NCBI GenBank assembly: GCA_022777585.1
Contig: JALFFZ010000054.1
Location: 6,004 to 70,003 of the forward strand
DNA: 64,000 nucleotides
DNA from: Bacteroidales bacterium
Lineage (GTDB): Bacteria > Bacteroidota > Bacteroidia > Bacteroidales > UBA932
Direction of reading: 5' to 3'
Shown here: positions 45,639 to 56,700 of the stretch, in pieces
Numbering within the stretch: position 1 is the stretch's first letter
Layout of the letters: every line of letters starts with the position of its first letter
The notes under the pieces: model-generated
The model's database searches: none
What the model saw: the letters and a program-made list of their open reading frames with translations, nothing else
Told to the model about the DNA's origin: nothing
Position numbers and translations under genes: made by a program

Positions 45639-47399
45639 TTAAAATGTCAGACCGTCTTCCCATCCCGGGTTCTGGGTGAGAACACCGTTGGTGAGGGACC
45701 TGTCATTAATCGGAATAGGATATAGATAATCCCTCTCCTCATTCCATTTGCCAGGAGTGTTCTTGTTGGTGAGAACATAACCGTGGTCGCCCTCCGTGAG
45801 GAATACTTTCTCATTTATCTTGCACGGGATCACTCCGGAAGCGATGGAAGGTGCTGTGCCCTCATAGAAGCATACATCCGGTGTTCCGTTACCGTCCAAA
45901 TCGTATGTGCCCGGTGCAGGGACATAGATGCCGAGGTATTGATGAGTGAAAGCCTGGCCGTTACGCCATCTCATGAGGTCGTAGTAGCGGAAATTCTCAT
46001 CGAAGAACTCGACTGCGCGCTCCCTTCTGATTTCAAGAATCACGCCTGCATTCTTTCCGGTGACATTAGGATAGCCGGTTTCCGCCGCCAGCAGATATGG
46101 GTCCGGGGACGCATTGGCTGCATCCATGTCGATGTTCGGCATACCTACTCTGTCTCTAAGCGGCTTGATGGACTTCTCAAGATCCTGCTGGGTCAATGTG
46201 CCCAGCTCCGCCTTTGCCTCGGCATAGTTCAGGTAAACCTCGGCGGTGCGGAAGATTGGAAGGTCATTGTAGGAAGCTCCGTAGAGGTCTGCAGCTGCAT
46301 CCACTCCAAGCATATACTTAGTCGGCTGATAGCCGGTAATTGTATTGTTGAAGTTCGGTGCCTCGACCTTGTCGGAGCCCATACGCTTGTAGTTTGCCGT
46401 ACGGATTGACTGGGACATGCGTGGATCCCTGTTCTTGATTTCCTCCGAGAAGAACATTGTCTCCCATCCTTCACGCTCTGTGAAACGGGTTCCGTCCTTC
46501 ATAAGATACATACAAGCCATCTTCCTGGTCATACTCGGATTTCCGTAGTTGCCGATCGTGTGGTATGTGCCATTGTGCTGAACACCGATGGAACGGTCGT
46601 AATCTCTTGCGAGGATGATTTCAGTTCCGATTGCATTGTCGCTGTTGAACAGCTGGGCGTAGCTGTTGTCGATTCCGCCTCCTGTATAGATGGAATAACC
46701 GCTGGTGAGCATAAATTCTTCTGCGGCCTTCACAGCCTCATTCAGGAAGAAGTCCGCATCGTGCTCCAATCCGCTGATATTGTGATATTTGCGGAATGTC
46801 CCCTCAAACAGGCAGGCTCTCGACTTGAGGGCAAGCGCCGTCCATTTGGTGACTTTGTACAGTTTGTGGACCGTCGGGAGATATTCCGAAGCATAGTCCA
46901 GATCCTCAATTACTTTGGTCATCACAAGGTCGCGGGAGTCCCTCGGCTTGTAGAGTTCCGGGTCGGCCGAACCGAGCTGTTTGTCATACCACGGAACATC
47001 TCCGAAACGCTTCACTTTCTCGAAATAGAAGTATGCCCTGAAGAATCTTGCAAGGGCCACATACTCGTTCCTGACCTCGATATCCGGGCAGTTGACTGAG
47101 TACTCTATCAGAGTGTTGTAGTTTCTGAGCTCGGTGAAGGTCCAGCCTCCACCTGATGCCGGTATGGTACGGCCGTCCCTCATTTCAGCAAGAAGGCCGT
47201 CCTTAATCAGGAGATCGGACTCCTCCTCGTAAACTGAGGTCCCCGGCAGGTCATTGTAGAAATTGTTTGAGAAGGCCTCAAGCTCCGCCTCGGTGGAGAA
47301 AAAGGTGTCAGGCGAAAGCTGGGAGAGAGGCATCTTGTTCAAATCGCAGGCGGTCATTGTGACGGCCGCAGCCAGTATTGATATAATTGTCTTTTTCAT
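45639..47399 (-). CDS. susD: RagB/SusD family lipoprotein
   Basis: Lipobox MTAC after ATG 47399; ARFFRAYFY..FGDVPW, RDPR, FRTAEVYLNYAEA, EIRRER, LYPIP..QNPGW. Confidence 0.95.
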   Translation of the reverse strand: MKKTIISILAAAVTMTACDLNKMPLSQLSPDTFFSTEAELEAFSNNFYNDLPGTSVYEEESDLLIKDGLLAEMRDGRTIPASGGGWTFTELRNYNTLIEYSVNCPDIEVRNEYVALARFFRAYFYFEKVKRFGDVPWYDKQLGSADPELYKPRDSRDLVMTKVIEDLDYASEYLPTVHKLYKVTKWTALALKSRACLFEGTFRKYHNISGLEHDADFFLNEAVKAAEEFMLTSGYSIYTGGGIDNSYAQLFNSDNAIGTEIILARDYDRSIGVQHNGTYHTIGNYGNPSMTRKMACMYLMKDGTRFTEREGWETMFFSEEIKNRDPRMSQSIRTANYKRMGSDKVEAPNFNNTITGYQPTKYMLGVDAAADLYGASYNDLPIFRTAEVYLNYAEAKAELGTLTQQDLEKSIKPLRDRVGMPNIDMDAANASPDPYLLAAETGYPNVTGKNAGVILEIRRERAVEFFDENFRYYDLMRWRNGQAFTHQYLGIYVPAPGTYDLDGNGTPDVCFYEGTAPSIASGVIPCKINEKVFLTEGDHGYVLTNKNTPGKWNEERDYLYPIPINDRSLTNGVLTQNPGWEDGLTF

Positions 47400-47415
47400 T
47401 TTTGTCCCTCCTGGT

Positions 47416-50400
47416 TTAGAATGTGAGATCAACGCCGAACATAAACGATTTCTGCCAAGGATAGATTCTCATCTGGCTGTTGGTCTGGGCCATTTCCGGA
47501 TCTATGTAGTCGCTCTTGATACCTGACCAGTATGCGAGGTTCTCTCCAGTGAAATAGAATCTCAGGGCTTCGATTCCGGCCTTACTGGTCCATTTCTGAG
47601 GAAGAGTATATCCGACGGTGAGGTTCTTCAGACGGCAATAGGCGATATTCTGGAGATAGCGGTCATTGTTGACGGTCAGTTCCCTGTTGGAACCGAGAGC
47701 AGCATAGCCGCGCGGCCTCGGATAATATGCATCCTTGTTGTCCTCGCTCCAGATCATCGTGTGGAAGTCTTTTGGAATCAATGTGGCATAAGGGCGTGCA
47801 TAAGGTCCCCAGAAGAGCAGGGTATTGGTCTGCGGATACCAGTCCATCTTTCCAATTCCCTGGAAGAAAATAGAAAAGTCGATTCCAAGCCACTGGAAAC
47901 CCAGATTTGCTCCATAGTTGAAACGAGGCTCGGTATTACCAATCACTTCGCGGTCACCCGGGTTGTTCACGGTATTCTGACCGAGGGTAATCTTGTTGTC
48001 TCCATCCAGATCCTTGAACTTGACATCACCTCCGTGGAGTCCCCTCTGGTCGCCCGCCGCCGAGTTGATGGCCTGATTAATCATTGACTGGTCCACTGGC
48101 CAGGCTGCAGCTTCCTCGTCAGAGTCGAAAAGGCCGTCTGTCCTGTAGCCCCAGATTTCACCCCATCTCTTACCCACATAATGACTGAGCGCAAAAGATT
48201 TCTCAGGGTTGTCATATTTGGTCACATCTGTGACATAATCGCTGAAAATGGCCGTGATGTTGTATGAGAACGGATGTCCTGCAAGCTGGAAGAGGTCTTT
48301 CCATGTAAGGGAGAGCTCATATCCTTTCGTGCGGAGGTCGGCCGCATTCATCTTAGGAGAACTTGCTCCGTAGGTTGCCGGAAGAGCCACACCTGCGGTG
48401 AGCATATCCTTGGTGTCCCTTATGTAGGCTTCAGCCGTGAGGGAAAGCCTGTTCCCGAGCCATGAGGCGTCGAGTCCGAGGTTGTGCTGCTGGACTTTCT
48501 CCCAGGTAAGGTCCGATGCGACAGGGGCGCCGATAGTGGCGATTGTCGGCTTGGAACCTGTACCGAACAGGTATGAAGATGTGCCGATGGAGATCTTGCG
48601 GATGTAGTCATAATAGCCTACCTGCTGGTTTCCGAGACTTCCGAATGAATATCTGATCTTGAGATTGTTGAACTTGTCCTTGATTTTCGAGAAGAATTTT
48701 TCCTCCGAGATTCGCCATCCGGCTGAACCTGAAGGGAAGAACCCCCATCTGTCATTCTCCGAGAATCTTGAGGAACCGTCATAACGGCCGCTGACCTCAA
48801 ACAGATATTTCCCGGCATAGTCGTAGTTCACTCTGGCGAAGAAGCCGGCGAGAGCATACTCGTTCTGACCGCCCTCTACCTCCATTCTCTTGTTGCCGTC
48901 ATCTCCCGAGCCGATCAGGTCAAGGTCATTGAGGCTCTCGGACATAAGGTAGTATCCGCGTGCGGTAATGTCTTTGTAACGCTTTGTTTCCCAGTTGTAT
49001 CCGGCCATGACCTTGAGATTGTGAGCCTGCTTGAAGGAGTGCTCGTAGGTGGCGAATATATTGGTGGCGAAATAATGCTGTGTCTCGATTATTTCCTGGA
49101 GCCTGTCAATGCTGTTGCCGCTGTTGAGGGTGATGATTTCGCCCGGGTAACGGGAATAGCTGGTGTTTGTGGAACGGTTGTAATTCCTGTACTGGTTCAG
49201 GCCGTAAGTGAAATTACCCTTGATTTCCAGACCTTTGACAGGTTTCACAGTGAGCTCGGTAGTGGTGAGGAGATTGTCGTTGGTGTCACCGTTCTTGTAG
49301 TTGGGATTGTCAAGGACAGTGAGCATTCCGTCCATCACGTAGTTGTTGTTGGCGAATGAAGTATAGCCGATGCTGGTGCCGTCCGGGTTATGAGCAGGAT
49401 AGCTGGCAAGGGCATGTACGGTCATAAGGCTGAATGCAGTGTTCACACCGCTTCGTCCCGGATACTCGTAATCGGAAGAGTAGTAGCTCGTGTTGTTGGA
49501 CAGGCTTACATATCTGTTTATGTCAAAATTGATCTTGGAGCGGAAATTGTACTTGTTCAGTTTATCGGTATTTCTCCTGAATACTCCCTCTTCATAATTG
49601 TAACCTCCTGAGATGAAATACTTTATATGTTTGGTACCACCTGTAAGGGATACATTGTGCTGAGTGATGATGTGATTGTCCTGAAAGAGTTCGTGATACC
49701 AGTCTGTATTGGCGTAATAAACATAGGTGTCACGGCCTTCGCGCTGGTCAATCATCACCCACGGACGTTCAGGGCTCTCGGTCTTGTCATTGCGTCTGGC
49801 CCAAAGTTCCTGCATGTCCTTCTCGGTATAGAAGGTGTAATTCTTGCCGTTGGCGGCATTGTAGAACAGGTCATTCAGATATACGGAGTAATATCCCCTT
49901 GTCTCGAATTCGGTGGAGGTCGTAGGCTGCTGCCAGCCAATGCGGCCACTGTATCTCACTGTAGGCAGGCCGCTTCCCTCGGTTCCGTTCTTGGTAGTGA
50001 TGAGGATCACTCCGAATGAAGCTCTCGCTCCATAGATGGCGGCGGCAGAGGCGTCCTTTATAACTGATATTGACTCTACGTCATTAGGGTTGACCCTGCT
50101 CATGTCACCTTCCGCTCCGTCAATGAGAATCAGTGGATTGCCTCCATTGATGGAGTTGACACCACGGATATTGACGCTGGCTGCGTTGCCCGGGCGTCCG
50201 GACGATGTGGTGACGTTGAGTCCCGGGACGCTACCCTGAAGCATGTGGGTCAGCGTAGTGGCGCTCCTGCTTTCAAGGCTCTTGGAGGATACAGTGGCAA
50301 TAGCACCTGTCAGGTTGACCTTCTTTTGTGTACCGTAACCCACGACTACAGTCTCCAGAAGTGCCACGGCATCCTCGGAGAGGAAAATCTTTATGTTGTC

Positions 50401-50949
50401 CTGAGAAGGGGAGAGAGTGATTTTCCTGTCAAGGAATCCTATGAAGGATGCGGTGAGCTGAAGTCCCTCCCTTGCTCCTCCCGGGATTTCCAGTACGAAT
50501 TTTCCGTCCATTCCGGAGATTGTGCCATACTGCTGGTTACCGTCATGTACAACGATGGAGGCTCCAGGAAGGGGTTCGCCGCTGTTTTCATACACAGAGC
50601 CGGTGATTGTCCACGGTGTGTTGCGGGCTGCCTTGCTGGCTCCGGCCTTTTTTACGAGCATTATCTTGCTCTTGTCAATGCGGCATTCAAAGCCGGGAAG
50701 GATTGAAGAGATGATTTCGGTAACCGGAGCATTGTCAACATTGACAGTGACGGTTTTCATGGCATCGAAATCCGAGGTGTTCCAGAAGAACGAACAATCT
50801 GTGGATTTCTCGATCAGAGCGAGGATTTCCTTGATCGGCACATTTTCCTTATGCACAGTCGCCTTTGGCATTTGTGCAAAAGCAGGCAAAGCTCCGAAAA
50901 GGAATGCTGACAGCAGCAATGCCGCCAGAACAGTCTTTTTCTGTCTCAT
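47416..50949 (-). CDS. susC: SusC-type TonB-dependent transducer with N-terminal STN domain
   Basis: N-terminal STN-like signalling extension; VVVGYGTQKK, NPNDVESISVIKDASAAAIYGAR..GVILITTK, LTWEK, C-terminal YP..FGVDLTF. Confidence 0.96.
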   Translation of the reverse strand: MRQKKTVLAALLLSAFLFGALPAFAQMPKATVHKENVPIKEILALIEKSTDCSFFWNTSDFDAMKTVTVNVDNAPVTEIISSILPGFECRIDKSKIMLVKKAGASKAARNTPWTITGSVYENSGEPLPGASIVVHDGNQQYGTISGMDGKFVLEIPGGAREGLQLTASFIGFLDRKITLSPSQDNIKIFLSEDAVALLETVVVGYGTQKKVNLTGAIATVSSKSLESRSATTLTHMLQGSVPGLNVTTSSGRPGNAASVNIRGVNSINGGNPLILIDGAEGDMSRVNPNDVESISVIKDASAAAIYGARASFGVILITTKNGTEGSGLPTVRYSGRIGWQQPTTSTEFETRGYYSVYLNDLFYNAANGKNYTFYTEKDMQELWARRNDKTESPERPWVMIDQREGRDTYVYYANTDWYHELFQDNHIITQHNVSLTGGTKHIKYFISGGYNYEEGVFRRNTDKLNKYNFRSKINFDINRYVSLSNNTSYYSSDYEYPGRSGVNTAFSLMTVHALASYPAHNPDGTSIGYTSFANNNYVMDGMLTVLDNPNYKNGDTNDNLLTTTELTVKPVKGLEIKGNFTYGLNQYRNYNRSTNTSYSRYPGEIITLNSGNSIDRLQEIIETQHYFATNIFATYEHSFKQAHNLKVMAGYNWETKRYKDITARGYYLMSESLNDLDLIGSGDDGNKRMEVEGGQNEYALAGFFARVNYDYAGKYLFEVSGRYDGSSRFSENDRWGFFPSGSAGWRISEEKFFSKIKDKFNNLKIRYSFGSLGNQQVGYYDYIRKISIGTSSYLFGTGSKPTIATIGAPVASDLTWEKVQQHNLGLDASWLGNRLSLTAEAYIRDTKDMLTAGVALPATYGASSPKMNAADLRTKGYELSLTWKDLFQLAGHPFSYNITAIFSDYVTDVTKYDNPEKSFALSHYVGKRWGEIWGYRTDGLFDSDEEAAAWPVDQSMINQAINSAAGDQRGLHGGDVKFKDLDGDNKITLGQNTVNNPGDREVIGNTEPRFNYGANLGFQWLGIDFSIFFQGIGKMDWYPQTNTLLFWGPYARPYATLIPKDFHTMIWSEDNKDAYYPRPRGYAALGSNRELTVNNDRYLQNIAYCRLKNLTVGYTLPQKWTSKAGIEALRFYFTGENLAYWSGIKSDYIDPEMAQTNSQMRIYPWQKSFMFGVDLTF

Positions 50950-51020
50950 TTACGCAGTTTTAGAGTTATTAATTTACCTTCGGTATCCCCCCTTAGTGGT
51001 CATGAGGGTGTCACTGATAC

Positions 51021-51989
51021 CTAAAACAGCTCAATGAATTCGGAGTCAAGCATTCTGTAATGAACACCGGAAATGACTTCGATGGCCTGGAGAATCTCCT
51101 CAAGAGGTTCGTACCGGACTGTGAAAGAAAGCGTAATGGACTCCAATCGTGTCTTGTCCGACAGGCAGATACGGACATTGTACCAATGTTCGAGGCTTCT
51201 TGCAATGTCAGACAGAGGGACACTGTCGAACTTGATCATATCACCGGTCCAATCGGTGAATATTGAAGTTCTGACATTCTCCACACGCCATCCTCCGCAG
51301 GTTTCGGTCATCAGTTCGCCCGGACGGAGAACAGTTTCGGGAACATCCTTCCCGGTCACTTTGACGCTGCCTTCCGCAAGACATACGGAATTGGGCTTTC
51401 CGGTGTAGGATGTGACGGTAAATCTGGTGCCGAGGACAGTGACATCCATTTTGTCCGCATTGACAATGAAGGGATGCTTCTCGTCTCTGGATACCTCGAA
51501 ATAAGCCTCTCCCTCGAGCCTGACCTTCCTGGCCCGCCCAAAGAACCTGTTTGAAAGATACAGCCGGCTGCCATTGTTCAGCCAGACTTTCGAACTGTCA
51601 GGGAGTACGAAATACCCCTTGGAGTAATTCGCGGAGGCGAGAACCTGGTCAGGTCTGGAGAATGTCCCGGCGACATATCCGCATAACACTGCAACGCATA
51701 TTGACGCTGCCAAGGCGACGGCTGCAAACACTCTGCGGATGCCGTTGGTCTTTTTCCCTTTCCGTCCTGTCTCACCACAACCTGAAATCAGCCCGAAAGG
51801 ATTCTCTGTCAGTCCATTTTCCACGGGAAGATTCCCGCAGTCATTCCAGACCTCCGCAAGGATGTCAGGGCCGCTGCCGGCAACTTCCTTCCCGGACAGC
51901 CACTGTCTGAAAACCGAGACTGTCTCGGGAGAATGCTCTTCCCGGGTAAATTTTCCGATGATTTTTCTTTCTGCTGCTCTCTTCATCAA
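51021..51989 (-). CDS. fecR: FecR-family anti-sigma factor (left PUL)
   Basis: One TM segment; LPDSSKVWLN, RKVRLEGEAYFEV, PFIV..VTVLGTRF, W..L..WYNV. Confidence 0.92.
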   Translation of the reverse strand: MMKRAAERKIIGKFTREEHSPETVSVFRQWLSGKEVAGSGPDILAEVWNDCGNLPVENGLTENPFGLISGCGETGRKGKKTNGIRRVFAAVALAASICVAVLCGYVAGTFSRPDQVLASANYSKGYFVLPDSSKVWLNNGSRLYLSNRFFGRARKVRLEGEAYFEVSRDEKHPFIVNADKMDVTVLGTRFTVTSYTGKPNSVCLAEGSVKVTGKDVPETVLRPGELMTETCGGWRVENVRTSIFTDWTGDMIKFDSVPLSDIARSLEHWYNVRICLSDKTRLESITLSFTVRYEPLEEILQAIEVISGVHYRMLDSEFIELF

Positions 51990-52046
51990 TCAGCTGTTTT
52001 AATTAAGATAAACTGAAAGGCCGTGGTACGTAGGCGAAATTGCAAT

Positions 52047-52598
52047 TTATTTCAAATTATCCTCAATTTCCTCGCGGATGTCGTGCAGTGCGTTGGTTAT
52101 ATGCTTCTCCACTGTTCTCACACTGATGCCGAGCAACTCCGCTATCTTCTGGTGGGACAAGCCCTCCATCCTGCTCATTGCGAACACCCTGGCTCTTTGC
52201 CCGGGCATTTTGTCAACTGCCATCGCCACCGAAATCCTGAGGTCCTCAAAGTCTGTTTCCTCGTCGGTGAATGCCCTGAATTCCTCTGTCGCGGAAGAAA
52301 GATAGTCCATATATCTCCTGTTGATCTGCGTTCTGCTGCAATAGAGCAGCACCTCATTCTTCACCATGCGGAACAGATATGATGAGAACGAGGTAACGCC
52401 TGCTATGTGTTCCCGCTGATTCCAGATTTTTACAAAGACATCGTGGGTAATGTCCCTTGCCGCATCTTTGTCCTTGAGCAGCATCAATGCGAAATTGGCG
52501 CATTGCCCGGCGTATTTGCCGTATAATGCGGCAAATGCATCTTTGTCGCCCTTTCCCAGGCGCTCAAGGTACAGGATGTCTGCTGAATAATCTGGCAT
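52047..52598 (-). CDS. ECF sigma-70 factor (Bacteroides expansion type)
   Basis: GDKDAFAALY, DITHDVFVKIW, SYLF; region 4 VFAMSRMEGLSHQKIAELLGISVRTVEKHI. Confidence 0.95.
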   Translation of the reverse strand: MPDYSADILYLERLGKGDKDAFAALYGKYAGQCANFALMLLKDKDAARDITHDVFVKIWNQREHIAGVTSFSSYLFRMVKNEVLLYCSRTQINRRYMDYLSSATEEFRAFTDEETDFEDLRISVAMAVDKMPGQRARVFAMSRMEGLSHQKIAELLGISVRTVEKHITNALHDIREEIEDNLK

Positions 52599-52638
52599 TT
52601 GAATGTTTTTTCGGCAATTCCGGCAGTTAAACTGTTTA

Positions 52639-52646
52639 CAAATATA
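52639..52646 (-). promoter_or_regulatory. -7 box TATATTTG of the ECF sigma gene
   Basis: CAAATATA on + strand, 40 nt upstream of the start. Confidence 0.65.
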
Positions 52647-52726
52647 GAAATTTTTCCGGTTTGTTCTAAAAACAGGGGGTCCATGCCCGGAGATTCCGTG
52701 TCTTTAGTATGTAAAAGGTTTCAACT

Positions 52727-53698
52727 ATGGATTTATATCTGCTGATACGCTATTTTGCCTGCAAGACGACGCCGCAGGAGGAAAACCAGGTAAGGGCCTG
52801 GCTTCTGGGTGACAGGGACGGCAGCCGTGCCGACCTTTTCAGGGAGGTGCATATGATGTTCGAGGGTATGGTTCTCTACACCGAAGAGGCGAAGCTGCTT
52901 TCCGCCCGTGTGCCGGAGCGCAGCATGGCAAGACCTTTCTGGAAGAGGGCCGGAATCGCTGTTCTTCGCGCTGCCGCTGTCGCTGCATTGGCTGTCGGAG
53001 CGGCATTCTGGGGCAAGCAGGCTGAAATTGACAGGCTTGCATCCGAATACGAGACCATCAGCGTGCCGGCAGGGGAGAGGATGGACATTGTTCTTGCCGA
53101 CGGAACACATCTCTGGATGAATTCCGGTACTGAGGTTGAGGTACCTGTCGTTTTTTCGAGGAAGAGCAGGGACATCAGGGTCAATGAGGGAGAGGTCTTT
53201 CTGGAAGTTGCGAAGGATGACGAGAAACCTTTCTTCGTCAGAACCTGGGCCGGCAATGTCAAGGTTCTGGGAACCAGGTTCGAGGTTACCTCCGACCCCG
53301 GGAATAACGAGTTCACCGCATCCCTGGTCCGCGGCTCCGTGGAAGTTTCCTCCGCCGCCGACCCGAGCCAGTCCCGCATACTTGTCCCCGGTGAAATCGC
53401 AAGATACCGCAACGGACGCCTGATTGTAGAGAAGATAGGGGATATCTCGACTGTGGGCTGCTGGAACGAGGGTGTCATTGACGTATCCTCGATGCCGTTT
53501 GACGAGCTGATGAGGAAATTTGAGAAGGCCTACAATGTGAATATTGAAATACTGAGGGACAGTCTTCCTGTAGTGACATACACCAGGGGAAAGATCAGGG
53601 TGGCGGACGGAATCGAACACGCCATGTCAGTACTCCGTCTTGCATCGGATTTCGAGTATGAATATGACATTGAAACCGCTACGGTTTACGTCCGGTAA
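52727..53698 (+). CDS. fecR: FecR-family anti-sigma factor (right PUL)
   Basis: TM segment; LADGTHLWMNS, GEVFLEV, KPFFV..VKVLGTRF, W.EG..YNV. Confidence 0.92.
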   Translation: MDLYLLIRYFACKTTPQEENQVRAWLLGDRDGSRADLFREVHMMFEGMVLYTEEAKLLSARVPERSMARPFWKRAGIAVLRAAAVAALAVGAAFWGKQAEIDRLASEYETISVPAGERMDIVLADGTHLWMNSGTEVEVPVVFSRKSRDIRVNEGEVFLEVAKDDEKPFFVRTWAGNVKVLGTRFEVTSDPGNNEFTASLVRGSVEVSSAADPSQSRILVPGEIARYRNGRLIVEKIGDISTVGCWNEGVIDVSSMPFDELMRKFEKAYNVNIEILRDSLPVVTYTRGKIRVADGIEHAMSVLRLASDFEYEYDIETATVYVR

Positions 53699-53758
53699 CT
53701 GATTCAGCAACATAGCCCACAAGGGCTTGACTTTATAACTAATAACTAATTAAACATC

Positions 53759-56700
53759 ATGAACAAAGGTCTATTACTTGCTTTTAGGCTTGCTGTTCTG
53801 GCATTTGTCCTCTGCCTCTCGCCAATCGTGGCGAATGCGCAGCGCATAAATCTCAAGGTGGAGAACGCCACGCTTGAGAGCGTGCTGGACAAGGTGGAGC
53901 AGCAGTCAAGGTATCTTTTCCTGAACGACCAGGTCGACCTGTCCAGAAGAGTGACGGTCGATGTTTCAGAACAGAGTCTCGAATCCGCATTGACGGAGAT
54001 TTTCGAGGGGATGAATGTAGCCTGGAATATTCAGGGAACCAATGTTTACATTTCCAATAAACCGGCCCATTCTGCCTCACAGCAGACATCCTCGACCGTA
54101 AGCGGTACGGTCATGGACGCATACGGCCAGCCGGTGATGGGTGCCGCTGTCCTCGTGAAGGGGACATTGACGGGAACCAGCACTGACCTCGACGGCAGAT
54201 TCTCGTTTGAACTCCCTGCCGGAAGCGAAAACGGAGTACTCGAAGTTTCCTGCCTTGGATACAAGACCCAGGAACTTGCGATAGGCTCGAGGAGAGAGTT
54301 CAACGTGATTCTCGAGGACGACACAATCCTTATGGAAGGCACTGTGGTTACCGCCCTCGGTATCAAGCGTTCCGAGAAGGCGCTTTCCTACAATGTGCAG
54401 AAGGTCGATTCCGATGCCATTCTCGGCAATAAGGACGCCAACTTCGTGAATTCCCTCAACGGAAAGGTTGCAGGTCTCGTGATCAATGCCTCATCTTCCG
54501 GAGTCGGCGGCTCATCCAAAGTGGTGATGCGTGGTGAAAAGTCCATCTCAAAGAGTTCCAACGCACTCTATGTCATTGACGGAGTGCCGATGTTCAATGT
54601 GGCCAAGGAGGCAGGAACCGAGTTCTCCTCACAGGGAACCACCGACCCGGTAGCCGACATCAACCCTGAGGACATCGAGTCTATGACTGTCCTCACCGGA
54701 GCTGCTGCAGCCGCACTCTACGGTTCATCCGCTGCCAACGGTGCCATTGTCATCACTACCAAGAAGGGACAGCAGGGCAAGACTTCGGTGACGGTATCCA
54801 GCAACACTGACATGTACCGTCCGTTTGTCCTGCCGCGTTTCCAGAACCGCTACGGCACAGGAGATTATTCATCTTCAGAAGGCTCCATTGTACGCAGCTG
54901 GGGCAAACGTCTGAATGAGACCAACTATATGGGCTACGACCCTGCCAGGGATTATTTCCAGATGGGTATCACCGGAACCGAGTCGGTTTCCCTGTCCACA
55001 GGAACGGAGAAGAACCAGACTTACCTTTCCGCCGCCGCTGTCAATTCCAGGGGCAATATCCCGAACAACTCTTACAACCGCTACAATTTCACATTCCGCA
55101 ACACCACCAGCTTCCTTGACGACAGGATGACCCTCGATGTCACCGCAAGCTACATCATGCAGAATGACAGGAACATGACCAACCAGGGAGTCTATAACAA
55201 CCCTGTGGTGGGCGCCTATCTCTTCCCTCGCGGAAATGACTGGGAAGACATCCGGATGTATGAGCGCTATGATACCGCGAGGTCTATCTATACACAGTAC
55301 TGGCCTGTAGGCGACGCCGGAATGACAATGCAGAATCCTTACTGGATCAATTACCGCAACCTCCGCGTCAACAAGAAGGACCGCTATATGCTCGGCGCAG
55401 GCCTCTCATACAAGATTCTCGACTGGATGACATTGTCCGGACGCGTCCGCATCGACAATTCCACCAACAAGTACACCGAGAAATTCTTCGCCACGACCAA
55501 CACCCAGCTCACCGAGCAGTCCAACAACGGATTGTATGGCCTGGAAATCTCCGAAGACAAGCAGGTTTATGCCGATGCCCTTCTCGACATCAACAAGACC
55601 TGGAACGACTGGAGTCTTCACGCCAATGTCGGTGCATCCATCTCCGACATGAGATATGACCTTACCAAGAACCGCGGTCCTATCGCGGCTGACAATCTTC
55701 CTAACGTGTTCAGCCTCTTTACTGTGGATCAGGGCAAGCTGGTCAAGGCACAGTCCGGATGGCGGGAGCAGACCCAGTCCGTATATGCCTCTGCCGAGAT
55801 TGGATTCAAAGGAGCATACTACCTCACATTGACGGGCAGGAATGACTGGCCTTCGCAGCTTGCGGGACCTCAGTCAGGAGCCAAGGGCTTCTTCTACCCT
55901 TCAGTCGGCGCCTCCGCTGTGCTTTCCCAGATTATCCCGAACATGCCTAAGCAGCTTGAGTACCTCAAAATCAGGGCTTCATACGCATCTGTAGGTTCAC
56001 CTTTCGAGAGATTCATTGCCAATCCTCTCCATACCTGGCCTGAGAAGGGATCCAGCTGGAACCAGCAGACCTCCTATCCTGTCAAGGACCTCAAGCCGGA
56101 GCGCACAGATTCCTGGGAGGCCGGTCTCAGCATGAGATTCCTCAACTGGTTCAACCTTGAGGCGACATACTACCACACCGATACCAGGAATCAGACAATC
56201 TATCCTACAATCTCTTCAGGCTCAGGGTATTCCAGCATTCCGATCCAGTCCGGAAGCGTACTCAACCAGGGACTCGAGCTTGCACTCGGATTCGACAAGA
56301 CCTGGGGCATCTTCAACTGGCAGAGCAACTACACGTTCTCGATGAACCGCAACAAGATCAGATCCCTCACCAATTGCATCAACCCTATGACCGGTGAACC
56401 GATTGAAATCGGCACGATGACAATGGGCGGTCTTGGCAATGTCAAGTTCCTCCTCAAGGAAGGCGGTTCACTCGGCGACATCTACTCACGCAGTGACCTC
56501 AAGCGCGACAGCAACAATGACATCTATGTCGACGAGAAGGGCAACATTGCAACCCAGACCATCGACAACGTTGACAATTACATCAAATTGGGAAGCATTT
56601 CACCGAAGGCCAACATGGCCTGGAGAAACGATTTCCGAATCGGCAACTTCAACCTCGGATTCATGCTCACGGCCCGTCTTGGCGGCGTTGTATTCTCAAG

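Noticed and set aside
50982-51021. GGTATC...GATACC inverted ends with a G/C run between fecR and susC, considered as an invertible element or sRNA
   Set aside because: The repeat is only 6 bp and interrupted, and there is no recombinase in the window; it could be a weak RNA hairpin but I cannot support that
53714-53751. Small hairpin AGCCC-ACAA-GGGCT and ATAACTA tandem before susC
   Set aside because: A 5-bp stem and AT-rich leader are ordinary for Bacteroidota translation-initiation regions
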